Source of the DNA: the human T2T-CHM13v2.0 reference genome, Homo sapiens | Strand: one strand, 5' to 3' | Assembly: GCF_009914755.1 (NCBI RefSeq) | Contig: NC_060933.1 | DNA length: 64,000 nt | Shown: in pieces, positions 1 through 15,258 of the stretch | How the letters are laid out: every line of letters starts with the position of its first letter | Numbering within the stretch: the stretch's first letter is position 1 | Position numbers and translations under genes: made by a program | Notes under the pieces: generated by a model | Told to the model about the DNA's origin: nothing | What the model saw: only the letters and a program-made list of their open reading frames with translations | Databases searched by the model: none

Positions 1-269
1 AACGGGAAACTATAAAATTAGACTCTAACAAACTCACCAAGTCCATGTGAAACAAAAATTCTCGTTAGAGATAAATTTTCTTCTTGAACACATTTTTCTT
101 AAAAAAATCACTCTCTCACCCAAAAGTTAAAGGTTCACCAGCCCAAACCTTCCAGTATGAAAAAGTCAGTAAGTTTGTCGGGGAAAAATGCCCATTCCCA
201 CTGCCCCATAAATGCTATGTCTACCTGTCTGGCAGTCAACAGTACCACTGCCAAACTAAACTATCAAGC

Positions 270-470
270 AACTAGGATCCTTACATTACATATATCACAT
301 TTAATTCTCACCACAAGGCTACATGTAAATACATCTGTATCCATTTTACGGACATAAAGTTGGAGGTTCAAAGATGCTAAGTTAACTTGCTCAAGGGCAC
401 ACACAGCTAGCTCAAAGGAGCAGCTGGGTTTCCACACTACAATCAACCTTTCCAAACTCAGTCTTTCAAA
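270..470 (-). mobile_element. MIR SINE remnant
   Basis: ccattttacggacat...ggttcaaagatgctaagttaacttgctcaagggcacacacagctag matches the reverse complement of the MIR core. Confidence 0.65.
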
Positions 471-1467
471 AGTGTACACTTTGTTGCCTTTGGCCATGTG
501 TGGAAATTACTTTGTGGCAGAATCCTGTACATCCAAAGTTTACAACTTTCCAATCAGAATATTTATAATCTCCAAATACATCTGTATTTTTTTCTTGTTC
601 TTTGTCATGAAATAAATTGACTGGAACTTCAATTCTTTCTTAATCCATCCAAGAGACTATCTGTGAAAGAAAAAAAAAATGACCTGAAAGAAAAGGAAGG
701 ACATCCTGCAGGTGCACAAACCACTTAAGCCCCCAAAACAAATCCATCATTACAAAACAGATAGATGAGAGGTATCTGCATTATAAAAAGATCCATTTAA
801 AATGGGCCTTGATTTACATACTCCTTTTCCAAACTCAGAAAGCAGTTCTTATGGCTAAAGCCAAACATGTTTGCTACTGCCAAAACGGTCTCCCACACAA
901 GACATTTCTCTCCTCAGCAGATTGCATTAAAATGCTTTCATACGCATAGCATGATTTCATAGCGGTGGAAAAAAGATGGGATCAATACCACATGGTCTCT
1001 GCCCTCTAAGATGCTCAAAAATTTTAAGCCCAACACAGTAAACAAGGGAGAGAGGCAGGCACCTAATGAACATGAAATACATAAAGTGCATCGCAGGGGT
1101 TTCAGGCTTAACCAGGACCAGCTTGAAAAAGAGAACTCTTTAGTGTGTCAAAACAGAGAAGATGAAATTCAGGTGTTTCCTGACAAACAAATTAAGGTAA
1201 TAGGAACATGGAGAAGAACAAATTTGTAAAGAAGTATAAAAGAGACAAGCCAAAAGCATACTACGCTGAACGTAAGGCATCTATGTAGAGGTAAGCAAAC
1301 CGACCCCCCATCCTGGAAGCAAGACTGGCCCATGTGAAGGTTTACAGCAGACAAACTGCAGGATGCACCAAGCACTGAGGCACAATGAGGAAGGAGGCAC
1401 ACGAGGGACCCAGGGACAGTCACCTTAGTGGCCTGGTATAATCACTGAGCAGATGCAGATGTAAGAC

Positions 1468-1974
1468 TGTAACTAGGGACCTCAGTGTTAGAAATCACCC
1501 ACATTCTTTTTCCTTCTTCCCTCCCCTCTCAACTCTTTATTCCTTCCCTCTCTAGACACTCCCCCTTAGGCAATCCATGCTTATCTACTTAGGCTCTTAA
1601 GAAATCCCACAGGCTAATCTTGAAACAAACCAGGAACAGAGTCCCCACTGCAAAATCCTCATGATTAGGAGGAGTCATAATTAGTCCACCACCACTGAGC
1701 CAAAGTCAAGATAATGCCAATTAGACCTTCAGACACCTGAGAGAGCCACTGAACAAGACACACAGATCCTGCACCACTTCTGCACGTCTCCCATACCTTT
1801 CTCCCTTTGAAAGCCCTACGGTAAATTTTTAAATTGAAGATGGTACTTTAGAATACTAGTTTGCCATCTTCTCAGTTTGCTGGCTCCCATTAAAAATGCT
1901 TTTCCTTCCACCAATCCTTGCCTCTTGTGTTCTGGCTTTCAAGTGGCAAGCAGCTGAACCTGGGTTCGGTTACA
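1468..1974 (+). mobile_element. ERV1-class solo LTR (MER4-group-like; subfamily uncertain)
   Basis: About 500 bp bounded by TGTAAC...GTTACA inverted termini. ATTAAA at 1889 precedes a typical U5 end (ggcaagcagctgaacctgggttcggttaca). Confidence 0.7.
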
Positions 1975-4948
1975 GGCCTTCTAGAGTAATGGCCAGGATT
2001 GAAACCTAGCAACTCCTTGTGTCCCAGGAGGATCCATACTTCCTTGGCATGATAACATCTGGCCTTTGTAAAAGTAACTAGAAGGGCAAGAAACCTTTTG
2101 AACCATAATACCCAGAGATTAATACAACACACCAACTCAGCAGCCTTGAAAGTATTCTTGCACTATAAAACTAACAGATATGGATAACCCCAACCACCAA
2201 AAAGCTAAACCCAAGATGACTACATCAGGCAGGGCTTACGATTTTCTGAGACCTCCTTTACACAGCTGTAAAAACAAGTACCTCAATCCTCTTTCTGCCC
2301 CCCGACCAAGCTAAGCTGCTATTATGAGTGGACAAAGTGTTAATAACTACCACAGTAAATGGGGAAAAACTACTGCAAGTGTTAACAAACCTTATTTTTA
2401 ACTGAGTAGCAACTGCAAAATTACACATGCCTTGTGAATGCACGTACATACCTACGTCCTTCGCATACAATATGGTGACATCAAGTTAGAAAAGGAGTGA
2501 AAGAGGGAGGGAAGCTGAGTCATTAAGAAGGGAATATTGGGTAGCATCACATGATCAGGTGTTTCAATAAAAACATATTTCACCTTATGTGTACTGATCA
2601 TAAAGTATCTGCTATAGACCGATATGTACAACCCTTCCACCGGGGGGAAAATGTCCACTGTAATTCCTTTTATATCAAAAAGAAAGAGCAGAATTAAATT
2701 AGAGGTATTTTTAGCAAAGACAAAGGAAGTAAATTTCCAAAGGACATCCATCGTCCCCAGTCGACACAAGGATTAAGTATAAATAACGTGATTTTTCTTC
2801 TCTTTGTACAGGACATGTTGCTTAGTTTATAGTTAATGAAGAGGTAGTTAATCAAGAGGGTAGGAGGAACATTTTTCTTTCTTTCCTCTAAACTTAAAAT
2901 AGTCACACACAGCACTGATTTTTACATGCTTAGGAAAAATTCCAAAACAGACTGATGGTGTTTGGGCTGGTGGGGGTATAAATGCTGAGTATAAAGGAAA
3001 CCTATTTAAATACTACAGACACAGCTTCACAAACCTCAAGAACACTCTCTCTGAAGCAATAAAGAAAAGGAATCCTAATGGAACACAGTCCCCAGAGGAA
3101 ATTGAGCTGTACATGGTTAAAGTTGTAAAGGCTATGGGTCAGATGGGAACCATGGCTACGAATTAAGTCAAAGAGGTACCCTGACAGAAATAAGTATCAA
3201 TTTTGTTTTTGCTCAGGGACAGCTTATGCTACAGCAAACCACTCTGAGACCACAGGGCAACTTGCCCACCAATTAACAGATGGCTCCTAAAGAGAAGTAC
3301 AAAATGGTGCAGCTCCTACGATTGCCACATTCATATCACACATAAGCATTTCTTCCCAAATCACCTCATCCAAAAGTTGAAGTGATTAGCTATTGTAATC
3401 CTCCAAATTTAAAATTCACGGATACTTTGAGGAAGATTTTGCTAAAAAGATTTTACCTAGACAATGATTCATTAGGACACAAAAGTAATGTGGCACCATC
3501 CACATCAGCATGGTATAGTAAACGCATTATCCTGCCGAATGAGCAGAGCACAGAGGCTTGTCTTGTCTTTTACCACTGACTTTAAAGTATATTAAAAACG
3601 AACTATCTAAATCATATACCCAGCAACTTAGTACATCTGACCATTGCTGCTAATTCTGGATACATCTTTCCTATGAAACAGGAAAAACCTAAACACAAAA
3701 ATAATTTTAACATATTACCATTTTATCATCTCAAGTACTCTTAAATGTATAACAGGGTAGAGGGTTAAAAAAATCTTATTCAACAACACTTCAATTTTAA
3801 TTCATCTTAAAAACTTTTAATGTGATGCTTTCTTTAATCTGCTGTTACTGAAGTTACTCGATTTGCTTATTCACATATCTGAGACCCACTCTTGGGGAAG
3901 GCGCTATGTTTTTATGGCACCAGATTAAACAATATGAAGGACCATCTGATGTGGGAAGTAACTTCTATACACAGAGCTTCTCAGCTATTTGGGCCACATT
4001 ACATGCCCACTTGGCAAACACATTTTAAGATTAAGGCTAAGACAAGTGGATCAGAAGAATCCATCTTATTACCACAAAGGGGTCCCTAAGGAAAAGGAGG
4101 TTAGGAGTTTAAGGCCTCCAGCTAACTAGCCTTATGAATTTGAGATTGGGATCTCATCTGTGGGAAAAGAAACTGCACTAAAGGTACTCTCTGATGCTCG
4201 CCCCCACCTATTATTCTACCGTCTCCACCTTAAGTTTCACAAATAGATTCTGATGTGCGTGTTAGAATCACTCTTGTTAAAAGAGGTTCCTACAATGTAG
4301 AATGCCATACAAAATGTTAGGTATTCAATTACAAGTACACCACTCGAAGAAATGAATGTTTTACTAAATAACTAGTTTTTCAGCTCATTCCAATATTCAA
4401 TAGCCTATGCTGTCAAGAGTTTTCCTATTTTGTTGCTGAAAACTTCTTCCTTGCTATTTCTAATGAAGGAATAAAATAGTTATATATTATAAACTAATCT
4501 CCTTTATTCAGGGAAAAACTTTAAATATGTATGCTGCCAGATCACTTACTAGCCCCTGTACCCAAACAGAATATAACCTATTAAGTGCTTATTCTAGTTA
4601 TCCTAATTGACAACAACATTATTAAGGATTCTACTTAGATTATAAACTTTATTTTTCTCAAGCAAGAGTACTTTCTAGCAAGAAAACATATATATACTGA
4701 AATGGATCTTAACACAAAAGCCTACTATACTATTTTGGGCTTCTTTATCCTTCTCGCGCACCCCCCACGAAAAAAAATAAAAATAAAAATAATAATTAAA
4801 TCTAATAGTAAAGGAATTAGAACTTTTACCTCATTATTCCCTACAAAGCTAATTTGTTCCTTCATTTGCACTCTCTGTCATTGTAATCTATGACTTAAAG
4901 AAAATGAAGCAAAAAAATTCTTTTAAAAATAAACAAACCAAAAAAACA

Positions 4949-5255
4949 GGCTGGGCACAGTGGCTCCCAAATACCAGCACTTCGGGAGTCTGAGGCTAGA
5001 GGATCACTTAAGCTCAGGAGCTCAAGACTAGCCTAGGCAACAATAGGGAGAACCTGTCTCTACAAAATATATAAATTAGCTGGGCATAATGGCACATGTC
5101 TGCGGTCCCAGCTACTCGGGAGGCCAAGGTGGGAAGATCACTTGAGCTTGGGAGCTTGAGGCTTCAGTGAGCTGTGATCACACCACCACACTCCATCCTG
5201 GGCAGTGACAGAGCAAGACTCTGTCTCAAGAAACAAATAAAATACAAATCAAATA
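4949..5255 (+). mobile_element. AluJ
   Basis: Dimeric Alu with J-type ggatcactt(a/g)agc in both arms, highly diverged, degenerate A-tail. Confidence 0.9.
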
Positions 5256-7082
5256 ACCAGGAACTATGGTAGATTTTTACAATCCCCAAAGAAGAATGTT
5301 TTCTGAATGTATAATCTACAGCCAAATTAAGATATTATACAAAGATTTTCTGTGTAATCCTCTATAACCTGGTATTATCTTGGCCAGGTCATTCCCCTGC
5401 CCTACCCACCACCATCTTTTCACTTTAAGCTACCTGAACAGATATCCCATTCAAATCCTTTAGGTGTACACAAACATCTTAATAGGTTGCAAAGAAGAAC
5501 ACAAAATTGACTAGATTCTTTTTTGAACAATTACATTTACAATTCACCATCAATGACTTACTTGCTGGGAAAAAAAACATACTGTAATAAAGGTAAAACT
5601 AGACTTGCATCTTTTCAAGGAGAACCAAAGACTGTCCAAAAACCTAATGATGACATATACTACTTATCCCATAGGACACAGAAATATAATGCCTGTAAGC
5701 ATACACATGTCCCTACATGGCTGGAAACCAAAAGCGTTAACTGAAGGGTTTTAAAGAAATGACCACTAAATAAGCAGAGGAGATAAATGTAGGTCATTCA
5801 GAGGCAAATCTGTTTTACCACAAGATATATGGCTCTCCTTAGCTACTAAAAGCAATGGGAGTCACCAAACATTACTGACCTCTGAAGACTAAAAGCTAGA
5901 GATGAAACATTCAAAAAGACCTGCTGTGTGAATGCTACTGCTAGTAGTCATCTCAGTCATTCTTCAGGTTGTTCTTGCTCACACTCAGTGAGCAAAGTAG
6001 TGCCCAAGAAACATAATCAAAAGGGGGAGGAAGTCACAAGAGATGACTTGGAAGGGAGGATCGGTATCTTCACTGCACCTACTATTTTCAAAATTAAATT
6101 CAAACTTTGCTTTCCTCCAACACTAACAAAGTGACACAAATATGAGTAAATTGTTTGAAAGGCACTGACAAGTGACTTTATTTACAAAATATGCATACAT
6201 ACATACACACCTCTCAAAACAAACTCCTTTACCAATAGCTATGGCAAGTTCACAACAGGGGCTTCTAACCAATTACAAAAGTTATTCTCTTATAGGTCAA
6301 ATTGAGACCAATACAAAATTAATAAGCTTACTTTTGAGTTAAAAAACACTGATAGAAAAAGATAAAAAATATGAATTACATAAATATTGTTTCAATGGAG
6401 TTCTAGATTGTACACTGACTCTACCTAACTGGCACAAAGAAACACACTGGAAGAGTCACAGAGCGTTTTCAGAATGAGTAAGGGCTGGGAACCAGACTTC
6501 AAGGAGTTAAGTAGTAGGAAGTAAAACTACCCCCACCTCAGAACAGAGAGGTGAGTCATCATCACCATCTTATCCTTCTATCACTTCCTTGAGACCCTAG
6601 GTCCTGAGATAAAATGCCTAATTGACTTTACTTCGGTTCCTTACTGGCTGCTTGCCTATAGGCAGGCAGAAAGAGAGAGGACCCACCCAACTGGCTTCTG
6701 GAATTAGCTTTTTCCCATCAGCAATATACTAAGAAAGAGAATTCCCCAATACAGAAGGACCCTAATGAAATGTAAGACTGAGACAAGTTTGTCTTGGATC
6801 CACGAACATCCTTAGAAGTCTTTCCATGTAAACTGAAAAAGAAAAAAAAAAAAAAAAGCCTCTCTCATTTCTGTTCAAATAAATGACTGCATCCAATATT
6901 AATCATCAAATGAAATAATCAACAAATCATTAGTGGACCAGACTATACTTTACATCTTCGCTCAACAAAACAAGCACCAATTTAGAACATCCTGCATTCC
7001 ACCTTCACAGTATGACAATTCCCTCCTTCTCTACCTCCCTTGAACCATGAGGTATACCACAAGAAGTTCCACTAGCCGAGTA

Positions 7083-7448
7083 CAGTAGTCCTCCACCCCC
7101 TACCTTATCCTTGGGGGTTACAAGACCCTCAGTGGATAACTGAAACCACAGATAGTACTGAATCCAACATAATATACACTACTTTTTTTTTTCCGATCTG
7201 TTAAGATGGATTCTAAGTGATTAAAGGACAGGGAACATGTACCAGCCATGGATAATGTGGACAAAGGGATGATTCACATCCTGGGCAGGAAGGTGCAAAA
7301 TTTAATCACGATACTCTGAATGGTGAGCAACTCAAAACTTATGGATTGTTTATTTCTGGGATTTTCCATTTAATATTTTAACACCATGGTTGACCACCAG
7401 TTAACTAAACTGCAGAAAGCGAAACTGTTGATAATGGGAGGACTACGG
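7083..7448 (-). mobile_element. MER44A-like (TcMar-Tigger) non-autonomous DNA transposon
   Basis: TA-flanked, with TIRs CAGTAGTCC...ggactac(g)g. Internal ggacaaagggatgattcacatcc and ttttccatttaatatttt are MER44-type. Confidence 0.8.
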
Positions 7449-8904
7449 TATTTCATGGCACAGGCTCTCTTCAACAGATAGTCACCACTTGAAATCAAGA
7501 ACTTAACACTGGCTGATATTCTCCAGCACACCCAAAGCTCAGACAAAGACTACTGAACAACTGGTTAAGCTTGAGTCATCTTTAATCAAGACAAGACCTT
7601 ACAGCTCCAGAGGTAGAAGACCTTCCTCATCTCAATCAGAGGCTTTTGGAAACTCCCTACAAACATGAGTGCAAAGTAGGCAGTGGGGATAAGTCTACAC
7701 AAAGCTTGCATTAAGACTTACCCATGAAGTATTCACCTTTTTCATTATTTTAAACTCTTACAACCCAGGGGAGGCTTTCTGTTAAGCCCCAACACAGGAA
7801 ATTGCTTTTCAGTCGTCAATAGCCAACGTCTGAAAATAAATCCAGTCACTAAGTGTGGAATGATGTACTTGCAGCCAACATGCATTTGGCTGATGCCAAC
7901 AGAGAAGGCAGGAGGCCAAGATATAAGACCTAAATTTTTTTTTTTAAAAAAAGGACTGTTCTACTCAGTAACAGAATCTGAAATAATGCAAAGGCAGAAA
8001 TAGGCCACAAACCACCTGCCTCTCTAGCTTCAACATACATCAGCATCTGTCTCCCAAGGTTGCTTCAGAAAGATATTTAAGTTTTCTCTAACTACAATAA
8101 TTGTTCCAGTGGTCTAAAAAAAAGAAATGGCTCTGTCCTGTGGGTTTCTGGTTGGGTGGTTGACTGTTATATTGATGGGGGGCTTCCTTGAGGGGTAGGG
8201 GGAAAGAGTACTAGGGAAGGGGGAGAAAAAAATGGAAGAACTAAAACTACAGAAGAGAATTTCTAACTCGTCGCTCTTTGACTCTGATTGAGGAATGGCT
8301 TTCTGCCAAGATTTCCTTCAAGTGCTCAGCAGAGAATGAAGTGAGGTAACGAGAAGTAGTCTGGGGATGTTACACACTGTGTCCTGTGTCCCAAGACCCC
8401 ACACGGATGTTTGTCCCTGGATGCTCTGACTCTCTGGGAGAAAAGAGTAGAAAAGTATGAAGGCAGAGAAGACTTCCAGGGAGCAAAACTACTTGGGTTC
8501 TTCTTTCTGACCCACTGTACATACACCAACTGCCTCTTCCTCCAGGTAACTTGCCAAGATGGGGAGTGATAAGAGATTGAAGGCAATTTTCAAAAGAATA
8601 AAACAAGCTTGAAACCAGGCAGAACAACTGCAAAGGGGGTAAGATGAAGTCCCTGCAAGTAGTCAGCAATCTGGCAAAATATTGCACAAATTCAGTATTT
8701 TAATTGGACGTTTCTTTTACGGGGAATGTGGCATGAACTAAATTTGAAGCCAGGCTACTTATTTCAGGGGGAGGGGTTGGTCCCTAAAGCCACTTGGAGA
8801 GGAAGAGAAATAAAACATACAGAAGAGTCTACAGCCCAAGGGGAAAAAAACTAGTATCTCCTGAAAACAATTATCATAATTTACTTTCAAAATACTTTGG
8901 TATA

Positions 8905-9183
8905 TCAAATGTTGTATGATTTCATTTATATGGGGTACCGAGAATAGGCAAATTCATAGAGACACAGAAAATATAATGGTTACCAAAGGCTGGGAGCAAA
9001 GGAGGTGGGTGAGGAGTTACTGTTTGATGGTTACAGAGTTTCTATCTGGGATGATGACAAGGTACTGGAAATGGATAAGGGTGACGGCTGCATAATACTG
9101 TGAATGTGCTTAATGTCACTGAACTGTAAACTTGAAAAGGTTCAAATGATAAATTTTATGTTATATTTTGCCACAATAAAAAC
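8905..9183 (+). mobile_element. L1M (L1MB-like) 3' end fragment
   Basis: tgtatgatttcatttata...ggcaaattcatagagac...ggttaccaaaggctggg...cactgaactgtaaacttgaaa...cacaataaa. Confidence 0.8.
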
Positions 9184-12100
9184 ATTTCTTTTTAAAGTTT
9201 AGAATTAATCTGATGACACGTGTGCACCAGCCATTTAAGCTTTAATTCTGGGTGGTCATCTAACATACTATCATTAATGCACAATCCAGGATTAGTTAAC
9301 TAGTATAATACAAGTAGGCTAAAATTCAAGTGACTAGTGTAAGCCTACATACTATCCATACCTAAATCAACAACCAATTCTCTGCTGATTCACCTAATGG
9401 ATGTCAAAATAGGGTTTTGTTCTGTAAGCCAGTTATTTGTTAATTAGCATAACGAGTGTTAGAAATGGAGTCTTACCGGTAAAATTAAAGGAGTTCAAGA
9501 TACGCAGATGGGCTAAATTAGTTTAGAGACACTTCCCACCTTCGTATAAACAGGGCACAAAAATCCAAGGTGGCATAATCCAAGGTGGTTATATCTTTAT
9601 GGAGAGAACCCCTAAATGTTAAATGGTCCTGGGTTTCAGTCTTTGTTTAAAGGGATTTCTTTTTGCATGATGCAAAGTGAGGGTGCAGAACGTGACTTTT
9701 GGGATATTGTTAGCCTCCGGTGAACATTTCATTTAAAGTGTGTTCAAAGCACTTAAAAAAGAAGAGAGAAGTGGGACTTTACCAAGCTTTCAGAAAAGGC
9801 TTCTCCATCAATTTGGTCCTGCTTGCTAGATAGAGGTTTCTATGTGTGGTGGGATCTGGCCTGAGACCTTCTTTCATTATAATCTATAGAGCAACTAACG
9901 CTCACCCTTCCTCCTTTGGTGCCTACTAACAACTACGCAAAATTACCTAAGAGCTGTTATTCACTATACTAACAGGTCCATTTAATAAACCCAGTCTCAA
10001 GGAGTCACTGGTCATGAACACAGTGGCCTCCAAGGGTACTGTCTTAAAAAAGGAAAAAAAAAAAAAGACTCTTTAAAAGTCGGTTGTCCAACTATAAAGG
10101 CTAGGAAAGAATATTAGACATCCTCCTTACTTTGATGGCTATATCCAAATATATTGTTTTCTATAAGCATTCAGAGAACTAAAATATCAAATAGAGTAAG
10201 AAACTAACCCCAGAAGATTCCATATTCTACTTTTAAGTAGCACATCAGGACTAGCTTTGTATGTTCTAGAGCTGGGGATATAATGGAATGTTATCACGCC
10301 TTTTTGCAAAGGCTCCCAATTTCCAGCACTTAAAAAAATACACATATTGATATAAAACACAGTAACAAATCGGTATTAACAATTCTGTATTTTAATCCTA
10401 TTCCAATATGTATAAAAGGGCTTACCCCCATAAAAAAAGGACAACAAATAATAAAGAATATAAAGGTCTAAAAACAAACCTGGTATAACATTGTTAGATT
10501 TTAAGATATTAGATCCCAAATCATTCTACTTGAGAAGGTAGTACACTGTCTGCACCATATAATGGCAAAATCACTTGGCACCATGTTTAAAAAGAGCTAA
10601 CCTAATACTCAGGTTCACAAAAGAAAAAAAAGACAATTTTAGAGGCAGGATTTGGGAAGTCATTTAGGAGAGCCCTTGTCTACATGAGAAGATGTCAATT
10701 GATTTGATACACCATCAGTCTCTCATTTATATTCAAAATGTTTAGATACATTTAAAGTAGAATAAGAGCAAACTACAATTCATTTAAATGGAATGAAAAA
10801 AGCTCCCATGGCTTACTTAGTACCAGGGTTAGGAAAAAGGATTCGTACGACAGTACCCTTGGAGGCAACTCCTTAAGACTGGATTTAAAGCATTAAAATG
10901 TGAGGAAATAAAACTGTTCTCTCAGGCTCCAGTGACCTTAAAAACAGTGCAGTGATTCTGATTTACCAGTTTACACACAGCTATGCCTCCCTTAAACTTT
11001 ACTTTAAAAGGAGGATTTGACTTTCTCAGTATTAAGTCCAAAGGTCAAACAGGTTGTAAAGAGTCAAGGGCCCCATCAGATCTACTCTACAAGGTAATAA
11101 ACATTCAAGTCTATCATCCCTCACCAAGAAATGCAAATTTTTGTTGAGCTAGAGGATGGGAGTTGGGGGTGGTGGATACAGGACTTGTACGCCATACACA
11201 TTTTCCCTACAAAATCAAAGCAGTATGTACAAAACAGAGTTCCAACAAAAAGTACAATGATGAGAAAAGAACTCATTAAGAGCTAAAAATAAACTCTAAT
11301 TCACAATATGCATAAGGATTTAACAAAAAAGGAAAACAAGATGTAAAATTGCATCTGCTAAGTTAACCATACCCTCATGGAAACTGCCCCCTCCCCCATA
11401 CACACAAACTGAAATCTGTAAAGTCTGTGATGACTGAATGAAGAAATGCTTTAGATGTTTTCAATGAATATTTCAATGGAAAAGAAAACAAAGGGATAGT
11501 AATTTTTTTCCTCAGCCTTCTGATCTGCTAACACTGCAGGAATATTAGGTTTTTGAACATCCCAAAACACAGGTCTCTGTATATCTAGACTTGAACATCA
11601 TCTTTGATAAAATGAGACTATTTAGTATAGTATTTACGTTTTATATTAAACGGATACTCATCTTAAGGAAGATGATGTCAATAAAAGTAAAAATAAGCCG
11701 CAGTTGGTTTTTATCTAACCAATACTTCATGGCTCAATTTAACAACTTGCTGACCTTCGAAAGCCCAGTAATAGCTCACTGGAAAGCTCACTTGAGAGCA
11801 CCTTCATATTTTAAGTCAAGCTAATTCATTCTGAAACATTCACACAATACCACATAGAGCAATAATTCCACACTCCGGTGCTCTAGTTCATAAAGGCTGG
11901 TGTAATATCATTAATCATCATTCTGGGCTCCCAAGTCCTGCCTCGCACTTTCTATTCTTACTTTGTTCCACCCCTGGAAAATCAATTATGTTGGTCAAAT
12001 CACCTAGAAAGCAAAGGATGGAGGATGAGCTTTGCATTCTTCCCACATCATGACAAACTCCAAGAAATCTAGGACAACAGATCTACTTCAAGATGTTTTT

Positions 12101-12483
12101 CAAAAACTACTTTTTACCTATGGGGGGAAAAACAAAAGTCTGCAACTGTCACGTAACTGAATGGGTATTAACTGGTAAGAAGAGGACAGGAAAGAGAGAC
12201 AGTACCCCTGTGTGCTAGGTACTTTATGAAAGAAACTGACGTTCAGAGTCAAAAAGCACACACAGGACACAACACAAATTGAGTGGCTAGGCTGGAATTG
12301 GAACCCAAGTGTAACAATGTTCTAAGCTAAAAGCTCTAAGATTAGTGTCCAGTAGGCCACCTCCCTAGCAGGAGGAAGCAAAGGTATTTTGATTCAAACT
12401 TAATCCCAAGAACTTGATCCCAAACTAAGTAACAAACCTAGTGTACACAGGGGTTTAGTAAATCCTACTACCACTTAAGAAAC

Positions 12484-12839
<356 letters not shown>

Positions 12840-14413
12840 TAAGGTAAATCTTTGTTCTAATTTAGAACAATACAGAATGATCACCCCTCGATTACATAAA
12901 GATGATATATGGTGTCAGAAATTACTGAGTGGAGTCTGAAAAGATGGTTTTAACTGCGAATCTGTTTCTTCACAACACTTAGAGCAGCAAATGCTACTCT
13001 GTGATTTACAGCCCCTCAAAAAATATTTGATTACATTTCCCAACACCAATAAAAGGGGCATCCAAGGGTTTTGAAATATTGACAATCTAAAACTTTAAAG
13101 AGCCAAAACAAATACCTTAAGGACTAAAACATGCTAATTAAGCCACTGTATAGACCTGACAAATCGAATGACACTCAAATAAAATGCCAGAAAATATCTG
13201 TTAAAGTTGACCTTTTGAGCTGGAAAAGCACACTCTGAGGGTTTCCACAGCTCTCAACGTTCAGTAGCAGCAGTGTACTCAGCTGAAAGTCAATTAACTT
13301 AGAACAAGCTCAAAAGAAGTTGGCAAATTTTGAAGCACAGTTTTAGCTCCAATAATCAACTATTCTGTTCAGGAATATTTGAAAGGAAATGTTCCAACAG
13401 GTACAGAATAAAAGTGCTTCGGTCTATTCTGAATTTAAACAAAGTTAAAAAAAAAATAAAAGGCTGGTGGCCAAAGCTGTGTCATAGTTAAGGTAGTGAA
13501 ATAGAATGAAAACTGTCAAAAACAGGTTGATTTTGTACTACATCATAAAAATGGGGGGTATAAATCATTTTCATACCAAAGAAACAGAATTTTAAAATTC
13601 TATAAACTACAAAAAAAAGAAGCAACAAGTTCATATCACAATTTAACTGTTTTTTATCTTCTAACTGAACTATTTCCATTTTAGTTCACCATCTTCCTCA
13701 TCGACATTTTCCATCATTCCTACGACAAGCGCTTAAATTGAGAATGGTGTCTCTTCTATACCACCAATCTCCTGATGCAAAGTAAACAAAGACTACCCCC
13801 CAGAAAAGGTCTGGAATAGCAAACAGCACACGTGCACTCTTATGCTGAATTATAAAGGGGCAAATGTTACAAGAGAATTTCAACTGTAATTTTATTTTCT
13901 ATGAATTTGAATATGTTTACAAAGTTTGTGTTTTCTATCAAACCAGCAAAGCAACAAAGAGAAAGGTTACTGAAGACTATTCCTAATCTACTGGTAAGGC
14001 AAATACGGCTATTCTAAAAGTTCCTCTGATAAGGGCTAGGAAAGCACAAAATCAAAACTCCTAAACCTCATTTACACCATAGGTTCAACTTTATTTTCCC
14101 AGTAAACACTCTAAGACAGCTGTTGGAAAACTGTATAACTGTCTCGTGGGAGTGACACATATTTTTTTTTACATTTTATTCTAACGGAACAAAATACCAA
14201 GTAACACAAATATCAATATCAGGAAATCAGAGAAACAAATCTGGATGATTAATGAATTACTAGAGAAGAATATTGTTTCATACTTTTCTGTATCCTCAAA
14301 TAGATGTTTCTTCATCCTAGCAACTAGCCATTAAAGGCTTCATTACCACAGGTTATCTAAAGAAGCAGCTCTTTGATTTATGAAGAGATGTTAACTGGGA
14401 ATTAACTTACTGA

Positions 14414-15258
<845 letters not shown>

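Noticed and set aside
9562-9590. Short tandem duplications (aatccaaggtgg twice here; ctagtgatagaat twice at about 62366-62394)
   Set aside because: Ordinary slippage duplications with two copies and no spacers; not an array.
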